From NCBI GenBank assembly GCA_963665235.2, contig CAXXLX010000001.1:96001-160000 (forward strand): DNA of 64,000 nt. Direction: 5' to 3'. Shown piece after piece: positions 19,471 to 28,741 of the stretch. Source of the stretch: Candidatus Poribacteria bacterium. GTDB taxonomy: Bacteria > Poribacteria > WGA-4E > WGA-3G. The translations under genes and the position numbers were made by a program. The first letter of the stretch is position 1; each line of letters opens with the position of its first letter. The notes below the pieces were generated by a model. That model was given only the letters and a program-made list of their open reading frames with translations. It was not told where the DNA came from and made no database searches.

Positions 19471-22400
19471 ATGTTTGAAGAGGTATCACCACAATTCACC
19501 TTCGCTGAGAAGGAAAAACAGACCTTGGCGTTCTGGCGTGAAAACGACATCTTTCAGAAGAGTATGGAAATACACAAAGATGCACCCTCCTTTGTTTTCC
19601 TCGAGGGACCGCCGTTTGCGAATGCCCCGCCGGGTGTACATCACGTCCTTGCACGCATTATGAAGGATGCTGTCTGTCGCTATAAAACGATGACTGGCCA
19701 CTACGTCCACAGAAGAGCCGGTTGGGACACACACGGCCTGCCTGTCGAATACCAGGTCGAGAAACAACTCAATATCAAAAATAAAGCGGAATTGGAGGCT
19801 TACGGCGTTCAGAATTTCATTGAGAAGTGTAAGGAGAACGTCTTTCAATACGAACAGGATTGGCGACGTATGACCGAACGTATCGGCTTCTGGGTGAACT
19901 TAGATGAGGCGTATATTACCTTGTCGAACGACTACATTGAAAGCGTTTGGTGGGTGCTGCGGCAAGCGTGGGACAAAAAGTTATTATATCAAGGACATAA
20001 GGTGCAACCGTATTGCTATCGGTGCGGCACAACCTTGGCAAGCCACGAGGTTGCACTTGGGTATCAAGAGGTCCCCGACCCCTCTATCTTTGTTCGGTTT
20101 CCACTTAAAAATAGGGAAAATAGCTATCTGCTTGTCTGGACAACGACTCCGTGGACATTGCCCTCCAACGTAGCGGTTGCTGTCGGTGAGGATTACGATT
20201 ATGTCGCCGTTGAACATAATGGACAACACCTCATCCTCGCGAAGGAATGCATACCGCGTCTCTTTGGCGATGAACCCCCGCAAATCGTTGAAAACTATAT
20301 CGGAGCTCACTGCCCTTATAGCTTTCCGGGCAGTGAGCTCCGAGATTGGGAATATGAACCGCTTTTTGACAGCGGACAGCACACCGAAAAATCTCATTAT
20401 GTTGTCACCGCAGATTTTGTGACGACAACAGAGGGAAGCGGTTTGGTACATATCGCGCCAGCTTTCGGGCAAGATGACTACGACATTGGGCAGGAATATA
20501 GCCTACCGTTCGTGCAATTGGTCGGTGCCGATGGCAAATTTATCCCTGAAGTGAAAGATACATGGGCAGGCGAATACGTCAAAGACGCTGACCGACAAAT
20601 CATCGCGAACTTGGATAGCCGTGGGTTGTTGTTCAAGGATGATGAGTATACGCACCAATATCCGTTCTGCTGGCGATGTGATACCCCGCTCCTCTATTAC
20701 GCACGCGAATCGTGGTTCATCCGAACTACCGCTATCCGAGACCAAATGCTGCAAAACAATCAGGAAATCAACTGGTACCCTGAGCATATCAAAAACGGAC
20801 GGTTCGGCAAGTGGCTGGAAAACATCATTGACTGGGGATTGAGCCGCGAACGTTATTGGGGCACACCCCTACCGGTCTGGATATGTGACGACTGCGGACA
20901 TCAACACTGCATCGGCAGTATTGCCGAATTGAGAGAACTCGGCACCGATGTACCCACGGATATTGAACTACACCGTCCCTATGTCGATGACGTTGTGCTT
21001 ACCTGTGAGAAATGCAGCAGCCCGATGCACCGCGTCCAAGATGTAATCGATTGCTGGTTTGACTCAGGTTGTGCACACACCGCGCAGTGGCACTATCCGT
21101 TTGAAAATAGAGAGCTGTTTGAACAAGCCTATCCTGTAGATTTCATCTCCGAAGGAATCGATCAGACACGTGGATGGTTTTATAGTCTCTTAGCAACGGG
21201 GACGCTCCTCTACGACAAACCTGCCTACAAAAATTGCCTCTGTCTGGAGCTCATCATGGGACCTGATGGCCAGAAGATGAGTAAGAGCCGAGGAAACACC
21301 GTAGACCCATGGACAATCTTGGACGAACAGGGTGCAGACGCAATGCGGTGGTATATGTTCACAGCATCTCCGCCCTGGGCACAGCGCGCTTTCAAAGCGG
21401 AGGGCATTGATGAAGCGTTGAAGAGGTTTATGGGTACCCTTCACAATGTCTATAGCTTCTTCGTGATGTATGCTAATTTAGAGCAGGTTGATGTTCTGCA
21501 AGATGCTCCCCCGGTTGCAGAACGTGCCACCGTAGATAGGTGGATATTGTCACGGCTGCATACTTTAATTGAGAAGGTGTGTGCCGATATGGAAAATTAC
21601 CATCTCACGAATGCCCCACGCGCTATTGAGGCGTTTGTAGATGACCTTAGCAACTGGTATGTACGCCGTTCGCGCGACCGTTTCTGGGGGGCGGAGGCTG
21701 GACAGGACAAACAGGCCGCTTATGCCACGCTTTACGAAGTGCTTGTCACCGTTGCGAAGCTCGCTGCACCCTTCGTCCCATTTTTAGCGGATGAACTCTA
21801 TCGTAATTTAGTCGGTTCGCTTGACTCCGGCGCGCCCCTGAGCGTTCACCTATCGGAATATCCCGTTGCAGATGCTGCGTTGATAGACGTTGACTTGGAA
21901 AACGATATGGCGTTCACACGCGAGGTTATCCGCATGGGACATGCCGCACGGAACCGTTCCGGTATTAAGACGCGGCAACCGCTTGCGGACATCACCCTCG
22001 GCGGTCTCTCCGATGCAGAAAAAGCGACCGTAAATCGGCTTGCAGAGCTTGTCTTGGACGAGCTCAATGTTAAAACCATCGTCTTCACAGAGGAGTTGGA
22101 TGCGTTCGCGCAGGTTACGCTCAAACCGAACTTCAAGGTCTTGGGGCCGAAGTACGGAAAAGGGGTGCAGGCAATTGCTAAAGCTCTCGCCACTGCCGAT
22201 GCAATGCAGCTAAAAACGGAGTTGGAGGCGAATGGAAGTTTGCAAATTGAAGCAGCTGGTGAAACCTATACGTTGGAACCATCAGAAATTGACGTGCAAA
22301 CCCAAAATCAGGAAGGCTTTTTTGTCGAGGTAGATGCAAGGAAATTCGTCGCGCTCTCAACGGAACTGACGCACGAGTTGGTCCTTGAAGGGTTGGCACG

Positions 22401-22641
22401 TGAACTGGTCAATAAAATCCAGAATATGCGGAAGGAGGCAGACTTTAACGTGTCCGATCGGATTCGGCTCAGTGTGGATACGTCATCTGAGCTGGTGGCG
22501 GAAGCGTTTGAAACGCATCGGGCGTACATCCTCGCGGAAACGTTGACAACAGCCGTAGTTGAATCTCCGGGGGAAAAAGCGTTCAGTCTCAATCAAAACC
22601 TTAACGGTGAACTGGCAACACTTAGCGTTGAGCAGGTATAG
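19471..22641 (+). CDS. ileS: Isoleucine--tRNA ligase (IleRS2-like)
   Basis: EGPPFAN, GWDTHGLP, WTTTPWTLP, SRERYWGTP, EGIDQTRGWF, KMSKS. Confidence 0.97.
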   Translation: MFEEVSPQFTFAEKEKQTLAFWRENDIFQKSMEIHKDAPSFVFLEGPPFANAPPGVHHVLARIMKDAVCRYKTMTGHYVHRRAGWDTHGLPVEYQVEKQLNIKNKAELEAYGVQNFIEKCKENVFQYEQDWRRMTERIGFWVNLDEAYITLSNDYIESVWWVLRQAWDKKLLYQGHKVQPYCYRCGTTLASHEVALGYQEVPDPSIFVRFPLKNRENSYLLVWTTTPWTLPSNVAVAVGEDYDYVAVEHNGQHLILAKECIPRLFGDEPPQIVENYIGAHCPYSFPGSELRDWEYEPLFDSGQHTEKSHYVVTADFVTTTEGSGLVHIAPAFGQDDYDIGQEYSLPFVQLVGADGKFIPEVKDTWAGEYVKDADRQIIANLDSRGLLFKDDEYTHQYPFCWRCDTPLLYYARESWFIRTTAIRDQMLQNNQEINWYPEHIKNGRFGKWLENIIDWGLSRERYWGTPLPVWICDDCGHQHCIGSIAELRELGTDVPTDIELHRPYVDDVVLTCEKCSSPMHRVQDVIDCWFDSGCAHTAQWHYPFENRELFEQAYPVDFISEGIDQTRGWFYSLLATGTLLYDKPAYKNCLCLELIMGPDGQKMSKSRGNTVDPWTILDEQGADAMRWYMFTASPPWAQRAFKAEGIDEALKRFMGTLHNVYSFFVMYANLEQVDVLQDAPPVAERATVDRWILSRLHTLIEKVCADMENYHLTNAPRAIEAFVDDLSNWYVRRSRDRFWGAEAGQDKQAAYATLYEVLVTVAKLAAPFVPFLADELYRNLVGSLDSGAPLSVHLSEYPVADAALIDVDLENDMAFTREVIRMGHAARNRSGIKTRQPLADITLGGLSDAEKATVNRLAELVLDELNVKTIVFTEELDAFAQVTLKPNFKVLGPKYGKGVQAIAKALATADAMQLKTELEANGSLQIEAAGETYTLEPSEIDVQTQNQEGFFVEVDARKFVALSTELTHELVLEGLARELVNKIQNMRKEADFNVSDRIRLSVDTSSELVAEAFETHRAYILAETLTTAVVESPGEKAFSLNQNLNGELATLSVEQV

Positions 22642-22664
22642 AATCACAGGACATTCAGTAAATT

Positions 22665-23501
22665 ATGAAAAAATATTTTCATCTCTTGTCAATAGTTATG
22701 CTTGTCGCCTGGTTTGCAGTTGTAATCACCGGCTGCGATGAGCAGGGCATGGTCAACGCTCAGGACATGGTGCTGATTCCTGCTGGCGAATTTCGGATGG
22801 GGGGTAGTGAAAACAATGAGAAACCGGTGCATTCTGTCTATGTAGATGCGTTTTACATGGATAAGTACGAGGTCACCAATGCCCAATATGCTGAGTTTCT
22901 GAATGCCAAAGGCAAACATGCCGAAGGTGGTATCACATGGTATCATACAGAGGGGTCTCTTTCTAGGATTGAGTTTGTATCCGATAAATATAGCGTGAAA
23001 ACGGGGTATGAGAATCATCCTGTAACTAATGTGACTTGGTACGGTGCGATGGCTTATGCTATCTGGAAAGGAAAACGTCTACCGACAGAGGCGGAGTGGG
23101 AGAAAGCTGCACGTGGCGGTTTAGCTGGGCAAAAATACCCTTGGGGCAACACTATAGATTCCACGAAGGCGAACTACAATCGGCATATTAACGATACCAC
23201 AGCAGTTGGGACGTATCCTGCAAATGGATATGGTTTGCATGACATGGCAGGGAATGTTTGGGAGTGGTGTTTGGACGAGTATAACAGAGGCTTTTATGCG
23301 ATTTCTCCGGCTCGGAATCCGCTGTCGGGTGCAAACAGCATCAAATGGTTGATAGATAATTATCAAGTTGTTGAAAGCCCCCGTATGTTGCGTGGTGGCT
23401 CCTGGTCTTTAGCCGTTCCGGTTGCCGATCGCGTCAGCAATATGCCATTCCTTTCATCCAACGACTTCGGTTTTCGTTGTGTGAAGGCTGTAACCCCTTA
23501 A
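22665..23501 (+). CDS. Formylglycine-generating enzyme (FGE-sulfatase) domain lipoprotein
   Basis: Lipobox ITGC, YEVTNAQY, RLPTEAEWEKAARGG, MAGNVWEW, GFRC. Confidence 0.9.
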   Translation: MKKYFHLLSIVMLVAWFAVVITGCDEQGMVNAQDMVLIPAGEFRMGGSENNEKPVHSVYVDAFYMDKYEVTNAQYAEFLNAKGKHAEGGITWYHTEGSLSRIEFVSDKYSVKTGYENHPVTNVTWYGAMAYAIWKGKRLPTEAEWEKAARGGLAGQKYPWGNTIDSTKANYNRHINDTTAVGTYPANGYGLHDMAGNVWEWCLDEYNRGFYAISPARNPLSGANSIKWLIDNYQVVESPRMLRGGSWSLAVPVADRVSNMPFLSSNDFGFRCVKAVTP

Positions 23502-23656
23502 TTCTTAACTGTTTTACATCGGCGGGGTTTTGTACCTCGCCTTTTCTTATGCTGCTAGTGAGGGTTCATGCCGACTTGTTTGGAAGAAATTGATGTTGCA
23601 TTAATCAGAGAAATTCTGTATAATTGCTTTTAGAAAAAATTTTGTAGGAGGAAATC

Positions 23657-24007
23657 ATGGCAAATGAAACCCTTATAGTTCCCAAAGAACAGTGGGAGAT
23701 GCCTGTGTCCATAACCCCCGACGGGCGATGGATTACTTTACGGGAATTTGCAGAGAAAAAAATAGCTACGCTTTCATCCGGAAGTTTGCCTGAACAGTTG
23801 GTACCTGCTGGGCAAGAAGCGAAATTGGTTGAGAAACGCATCGCACAACGCCCCGATTTTAAAGTGGCTATGATAGGCATTGGTATAGTGGATCAGGAAC
23901 GAGCTATGCAGGAAGTACGAAACAAAACATCTGCCGGCCGTACATTGATAAATATTGAACTACGTACGATCGCGAATGTAATAGAACGTGTTCGTGGAGA
24001 CCACTAA
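23657..24007 (+). CDS. Hypothetical protein coupled to the downstream peptidase
   Basis: AGGAGG RBS; stop codon 1 nt before the next ATG. Confidence 0.75.
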   Translation: MANETLIVPKEQWEMPVSITPDGRWITLREFAEKKIATLSSGSLPEQLVPAGQEAKLVEKRIAQRPDFKVAMIGIGIVDQERAMQEVRNKTSAGRTLINIELRTIANVIERVRGDH

Positions 24008-24252
24008 TATGCCAAACAACGAAGGAACTCCGCAAGTTCTCGCCATTGATCCCAATCACGACGCTGTTACTCAGATAGTCCACGACTACCGGAATCAGCA
24101 TGTTTATCCGTACTTGGAATCCAACGGATTTAGACTTGTCTATGGTCAAGGACAAGCGGCACTTCGTGAAAATGTCGCGTCAGAAGCATCCCAAGACAGT
24201 ATCGTCTACATCACTGGCTCTGGCCACGGCAATTATACAACATATATCGGAA

Positions 24253-24455
24253 GTCAATAACCCCCAGCTAAAGCATGGGGGCTTGTCTTTGATGCCCGCC
24301 AAGGCTATCACAGAGACAAGGGTAACTTGTTGACTACAGTAATATATCGGGGGTTCTGGGCGTGGCAGCCTAAAGTATGTTTCGGATGCTCCCCAAGTCT
24401 GATCCCACTACGAACCCCTGATCTGGATGGGGCAATATATACCCGAAAGGAGAAA
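24253..24455 (+). ncRNA. omegaRNA/HEARO-like scaffold
   Basis: GTCAATAACCCC..CTAAAG..GGGGCTTG, GTTGACTA and GGATGCTCCCCAAGTC motifs upstream of isrB; 3' end approximate. Confidence 0.75.
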
Positions 24456-24463
24456 ACAAACTT

Positions 24464-25543
24464 ATGTTTGTGCCAGTCAAAACAAAGGATGGACAACAGC
24501 TGATGCCGATGCATGCTGCACGTGCAAGGAAACTTGTCAAACGCGGTGAGGCAACGCCTTATTGGAACAACGGTGTCTATTGTGTCCGTCTCAACAAAGA
24601 ACCGAGTGATAGAGAAACACAAGACATCGTTGTCGGTGTGGATCCGGGAAGTAAGAAAGAGGGATTTACTGTCAAATCTGAGGCCCATACGTATCTGAAC
24701 GTGCAGGCAGATGCACATAACAAAGTTGGAAAGAAGGTTGAGAAAAGACGTGAACTCCGCCGAGGTAGGCGTTCTCGGAAGTGTCCCAACCGCAAGCACC
24801 GCACCAATAAAGGTGCGAACAGACAGAAACTCCCCGCAGGCACGCGTGCCCGTTGGGATTGGAAACTCCGCATTCTGGATTGGTTGTCTGACTTGTATCC
24901 TGTCACAAAAATCTGTTTGGAGGACATCAAGGCAAGAACAAAACCGGGTAAGAAGAGATGGAACACATCTTTTAGTCCGTTGGAGGTTGGTAAACGCTGG
25001 TTTGTCTCTGAGTTGATAGCACGCTATGGCGTTGGAAATGTGTTTTGCTATAAAGGCAGGTGGACTTCCGCGCGGAGGAAGGCATTAGGATTAGAGAAGA
25101 GCCAAGACAAACTCTCTGATGACTTCTATGCACATTGTGTTGATAGTTGGGTGATGGCACATTCGGTTGTCAATGGCAACACAAAGAAAGCCATGGCACT
25201 GAAACCCGACAATACATCCGTTTTTTGCATATCCCCGATACCCGTAGCAAGGCGGAACTTGCACCGAGAACAACCTGCAAAGGGCGGAATGCGGTCAAGA
25301 TATGGCGGAACTGTGTTAGGCGAAGGACTTGTGAAAAACACGCTGATAAAGCACGGCAAACACGGTATCACACGTCCGAGGTCCCACCGAGGACATCCTA
25401 TTACGGGTATTAATGCGAAAGGGGTGTTTTCTATCTATAGCTTAGAAGGTCAACGCCTCACAACGGGTGCGAAACGCACAGATTTTCAAGTCCTCACACG
25501 CTTGAACTTTCAATATAGGAGCGGTGTTTCCTCCCCGTGCTAA
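24464..25543 (+). CDS. isrB: IsrB RNA-guided nickase (RRXRR/PLMP + split RuvC, no HNH)
   Basis: QLMP..AARARKL, GVDPGSK, RRELRRGRR bridge helix, CLED, HCVDS; 359 aa. Confidence 0.85.
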   Translation: MFVPVKTKDGQQLMPMHAARARKLVKRGEATPYWNNGVYCVRLNKEPSDRETQDIVVGVDPGSKKEGFTVKSEAHTYLNVQADAHNKVGKKVEKRRELRRGRRSRKCPNRKHRTNKGANRQKLPAGTRARWDWKLRILDWLSDLYPVTKICLEDIKARTKPGKKRWNTSFSPLEVGKRWFVSELIARYGVGNVFCYKGRWTSARRKALGLEKSQDKLSDDFYAHCVDSWVMAHSVVNGNTKKAMALKPDNTSVFCISPIPVARRNLHREQPAKGGMRSRYGGTVLGEGLVKNTLIKHGKHGITRPRSHRGHPITGINAKGVFSIYSLEGQRLTTGAKRTDFQVLTRLNFQYRSGVSSPC

Positions 25544-25710
25544 AGCAACGGGGTCTCCACACCGAAGATTTTGATGATAATTTGCCTATTTTTCAGGTAG
25601 GGGACTATCAACCCGAAGAAGTCTATGGCAAAGTTGTCCATCTTATCTCCTGCCAAACGGCGGCTGAACTTGGTCCGGATTTTGTCACAAAAGGATGCCG
25701 CGCTTACTTT

Positions 25711-25877
25711 AGACACTATAATGATTTAATCAGAGTACACCTGCGAACCTTGTAGGAGCGAGGTCCCCTCGCCCTGTTGTCCACATGGATAACCTCAAAG
25801 CGGGCGGGGAAACCCCACCCCTACGCCCCGCGCCTGCTAACGAAACAGAGGACTACAATTAAACCGGTATAATGTCT
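25711..25877. mobile_element. MITE family D with inverted REP doublet
   Basis: TIRs AGACACTATA / TATAATGTCT, TTT TSD, REPs at 25752-25774 and 25802-25824. Confidence 0.8.
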
Positions 25878-26235
25878 TTTGGTTATAAGGAAAATTTCAC
25901 TTTTAGATTGGAACCACATCTTATTGATATCTTTCTTGAATGCGACTCTGAAATAGATCTTGCATTTGCTGATGGTTTAACAGCGGAAGAAGTGCACGAC
26001 CGCGTAGTCGCCCTCTATGAACAAAGAATCTCTGAACTTAATGATGCGGGTGAAATTGAGGCGGCTTCTACGCTGAGGGAGAACCTCGAGTATCTCTGTA
26101 CACCTTCAGTTAATCCAAGCTACGGGGATGGTCAAGCTTGTATCCTTAATAGTAACACTTAGGTATCGACGCATGAAAACGATTTTTGAAGCAAAGTAAC
26201 ATCTCACAGCCCATTCAGGTGGTTTCGTAGGGCTA

Positions 26236-26577
26236 CTAGGATTGGCAAGAGAAGTTAGAGCAGATATTCCCGCGCTTACGTCGAACTATCCAACAACCCC
26301 AGAAAAGCGGAAGCAGGACGAAGAATAATATTTTGAATGCTACAAGGCGTTTTTCCGCATGCAAGGTAAAACGAACATGGTGTTTCTCCGGGACGTATAC
26401 CTCACCCCACCAGTCAGCGGTGACAGGTTGTCCTGAGGTTATCGTTTCCTGCAAAAGCTGATACGCATCTACCGGATGATGCGGTACAAGTAGGAATGAC
26501 AATCCAAACGCTAATACCCCTACACAAATTAAACTGAGTATGAAATAACCGGAGAGAGATAAACACTTCATGAACAT
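26236..26577 (-). CDS. Small hypothetical membrane protein
   Basis: GGAGG RBS, two hydrophobic segments. Confidence 0.65.
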   Translation of the reverse strand: MFMKCLSLSGYFILSLICVGVLAFGLSFLLVPHHPVDAYQLLQETITSGQPVTADWWGEVYVPEKHHVRFTLHAEKRLVAFKILFFVLLPLFWGCWIVRRKRGNICSNFSCQS

Positions 26578-26621
26578 TTTCTATACCTCCAATGGGATTT
26601 TGACTGTGCAGCAGGCCCATC

Positions 26622-28361
26622 CTACTTTTCCGGATGGAGATTATATTTGAGCACGTCATCTGCATCGGTAAAACGGACGTATAATCCCCAAGTCCAACCG
26701 TTCTGCTCAACGCTACACAAAATCTGGTTCCATCCCGCTTTTAGGTGACACGGAATTGCATCCGCATCCGGTGTTATCCGCCGATAAATCCGATTTTGGT
26801 GAATCTCTGTGCCATTTAACCAGACCTTAACCGTCTCATCGCTTCCTAACAGGAGGACAGTGTCCACGGCTTTCGGCGCATAGACGTAGGTGAACGCGTA
26901 TCCAATCCCGCGAGCATTCATGCCGATTTTCGAGCGGAAATTTAGCATACCGTTCGGTTGTGCAGCAGCTTCACGCCAACGGATAGTTTTATCATCAACG
27001 CCTTTGTGGGTTTCGCTCGGATTGAGCGATGGGAGTGTTGTTGTGTTTACATCTGTCTTCGGAAAGGGGCCTATAACCATGTAACGCTGAACAAACGGAG
27101 AGGCATGTCGGACCTGATAGGAATCGACCCCGACTTTGTAACCGATTGCTTCGGTTGATTTTCCAACGTTGCTTAAAGTGAGCGTGTTATCGCCTCGGTT
27201 CAGCGGTAGGACACCATAAGTTACCAGCGTCCCTGCGACCCGTTCGGGATGGTAGCAATTATAGGGTTGTCCGACTGCTGTGCCGTTGACTGTGAGTTGT
27301 GCATGTCCATATTCCGGGCCGCGCGTCAAAATAGCCCTGATTTCATAGCGGTTTGTATAGGGGGCTTCAACGTTTAGATGCACGACCGCCCCGGCGGTTT
27401 TAGCATTCAAGGCGACATGCCCACCATCGATATCAATTCCCGCCGCTCGATAGCTTTCTATCCGGTAGTCCGTCGACTGTTGGGCAATTAGCAAGGATGC
27501 GGCGGGTTGTGTGTTTTTAGGTGGCAATTTCCATGCTTTCTCATACCAAAATTGGGGCAGTGCATAGATGTCGCGTGCTTCGTTTGTGAGGTAAAGGTTG
27601 TACTCCTCGAAGCAGATTGCCTCGCCTGTAAAATTGTGTTGCAATACCCACGGTTTTCGGTTAATCATTTGTGTGAAGTTGTCCGCAGTGCCGTGATACA
27701 CCCAAAGGGAATTGTAGGTGCAAACAGCAAGCCGTTTTCCATCCGCTGATATTTCTGCACCTGTAACGAATTTTGCATCTGTGAGTTCGCCGACGCGTGT
27801 CAAAACTTGTTTGGTGTCCGCTTTCAATTCGGGAAACCGGTAAAGCACGGCGCGTTCTGCCTCCTTGGAGATGATATAGGGTATGCCGTTAGCGATAAAA
27901 AGCCCTTCTGCATCTACGTTCGTGTCGGGGTAGCGAAACGGATATTTTGCAATGATTTCTGTTTCTGTCTCCGTAAACGGGTTCGGTTCCGATGTGACGA
28001 GCACCTTCAGGTCAAATCGCATTCGGCTGTTATTGCCGATGTCGCCAATCCAGAGTTGTCCGTTATTATCAATACCGAGTGCTTCCCAGTCGACGTTTCG
28101 GGTGCCGCGTACCTGAATTTCTTGGATTAGCTCGCCGGTGCGTTTCGTTGCGTAAAGTACGGCAGGGTTGCCGGAGTCGTTCAATGTCCAATAGACCCCC
28201 TCAAACTGTCGGCTTGCGACGATGCCAGAGCTCTCTCGGATATCGGGATGTGTGTATTTTCCGAGGGGTTGCCACGGTGGCGCGCCGAACAGAGCTGGGT
28301 TTTCAGCAGTAGCAATTGTGGTCGCGAGGATAAAAATGAGAGCGTAACGGAGCAAATTCAT
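26622..28361 (-). CDS. Secreted multidomain protein (beta-propeller + carbohydrate-binding-like domains)
   Basis: Signal peptide, ESSG, NDSG, DWEAL, GDIGNN, DAEGL; C-terminal GSD..VKVWLNG..LKAGWN. Confidence 0.7.
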   Translation of the reverse strand: MNLLRYALIFILATTIATAENPALFGAPPWQPLGKYTHPDIRESSGIVASRQFEGVYWTLNDSGNPAVLYATKRTGELIQEIQVRGTRNVDWEALGIDNNGQLWIGDIGNNSRMRFDLKVLVTSEPNPFTETETEIIAKYPFRYPDTNVDAEGLFIANGIPYIISKEAERAVLYRFPELKADTKQVLTRVGELTDAKFVTGAEISADGKRLAVCTYNSLWVYHGTADNFTQMINRKPWVLQHNFTGEAICFEEYNLYLTNEARDIYALPQFWYEKAWKLPPKNTQPAASLLIAQQSTDYRIESYRAAGIDIDGGHVALNAKTAGAVVHLNVEAPYTNRYEIRAILTRGPEYGHAQLTVNGTAVGQPYNCYHPERVAGTLVTYGVLPLNRGDNTLTLSNVGKSTEAIGYKVGVDSYQVRHASPFVQRYMVIGPFPKTDVNTTTLPSLNPSETHKGVDDKTIRWREAAAQPNGMLNFRSKIGMNARGIGYAFTYVYAPKAVDTVLLLGSDETVKVWLNGTEIHQNRIYRRITPDADAIPCHLKAGWNQILCSVEQNGWTWGLYVRFTDADDVLKYNLHPEK

Positions 28362-28425
28362 GTCAATACCTGATTTTAAGTTTATGCAAATTATATACGA
28401 TACATCGGCAAAATTCAATATTAAA

Positions 28426-28578
28426 AACGCGAGTTTGAAAAAAGTTTTGACCTAGAGCGTTCTCTGGTAGTTTTAGCAAAAAACTGCACAAACTAGGAAG
28501 TATGTGCTACAATTATGCTGCTTTTTTCGCGGTGAAAAAGGTTTAGAGCAAACGGATATTTATTATCAAGCTCACGTT
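28426..28578. mobile_element. MITE family B, copy 2
   Basis: Inverted copy of 2101-2254; 6-bp TSD ATTAAA. Confidence 0.8.
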
Positions 28579-28592
28579 ATTAAAAAAATAGG

Positions 28593-28621
28593 TTGACATT
28601 TATTTAAAGATATGTTAAAAT
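28593..28621 (+). promoter_or_regulatory. sigma70 promoter of the HtrA protease gene
   Basis: TTGACA-17-TAAAAT. Confidence 0.7.
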
Positions 28622-28741
28622 AGATGTAACCGAATAACTTGTGATGAAGTTTTTGTGTCATTAATTCACGTTTAACGTTTGCCGGGGTAAGTTTCACCCC
28701 CTGCTTTGTTTACTAAAAAATATAAAAAAAAGGATTGTTCC

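Larger units (their letters stand above)
24253..25573 (+). mobile_element. IS200/IS605-family IsrB (OMEGA) element, no tnpA
   Basis: Starts GTCAA; end hairpins with GCTAAAGC; ATGA immediately downstream; precise removal restores the host frame. Confidence 0.85.
24009..26162 (+). pseudogene. Clan CD (caspase/gingipain-like) cysteine peptidase interrupted by an IsrB element and a MITE
   Basis: 24009-24252 + 25574-25710 + 25881-26162 join in frame to 220 aa with GSGHG and LISCQ dyad motifs. Confidence 0.75.

Noticed and set aside
24464-25543. IscB or Cas9
   Set aside because: No HNH/CxxC insert, and the size fits IsrB
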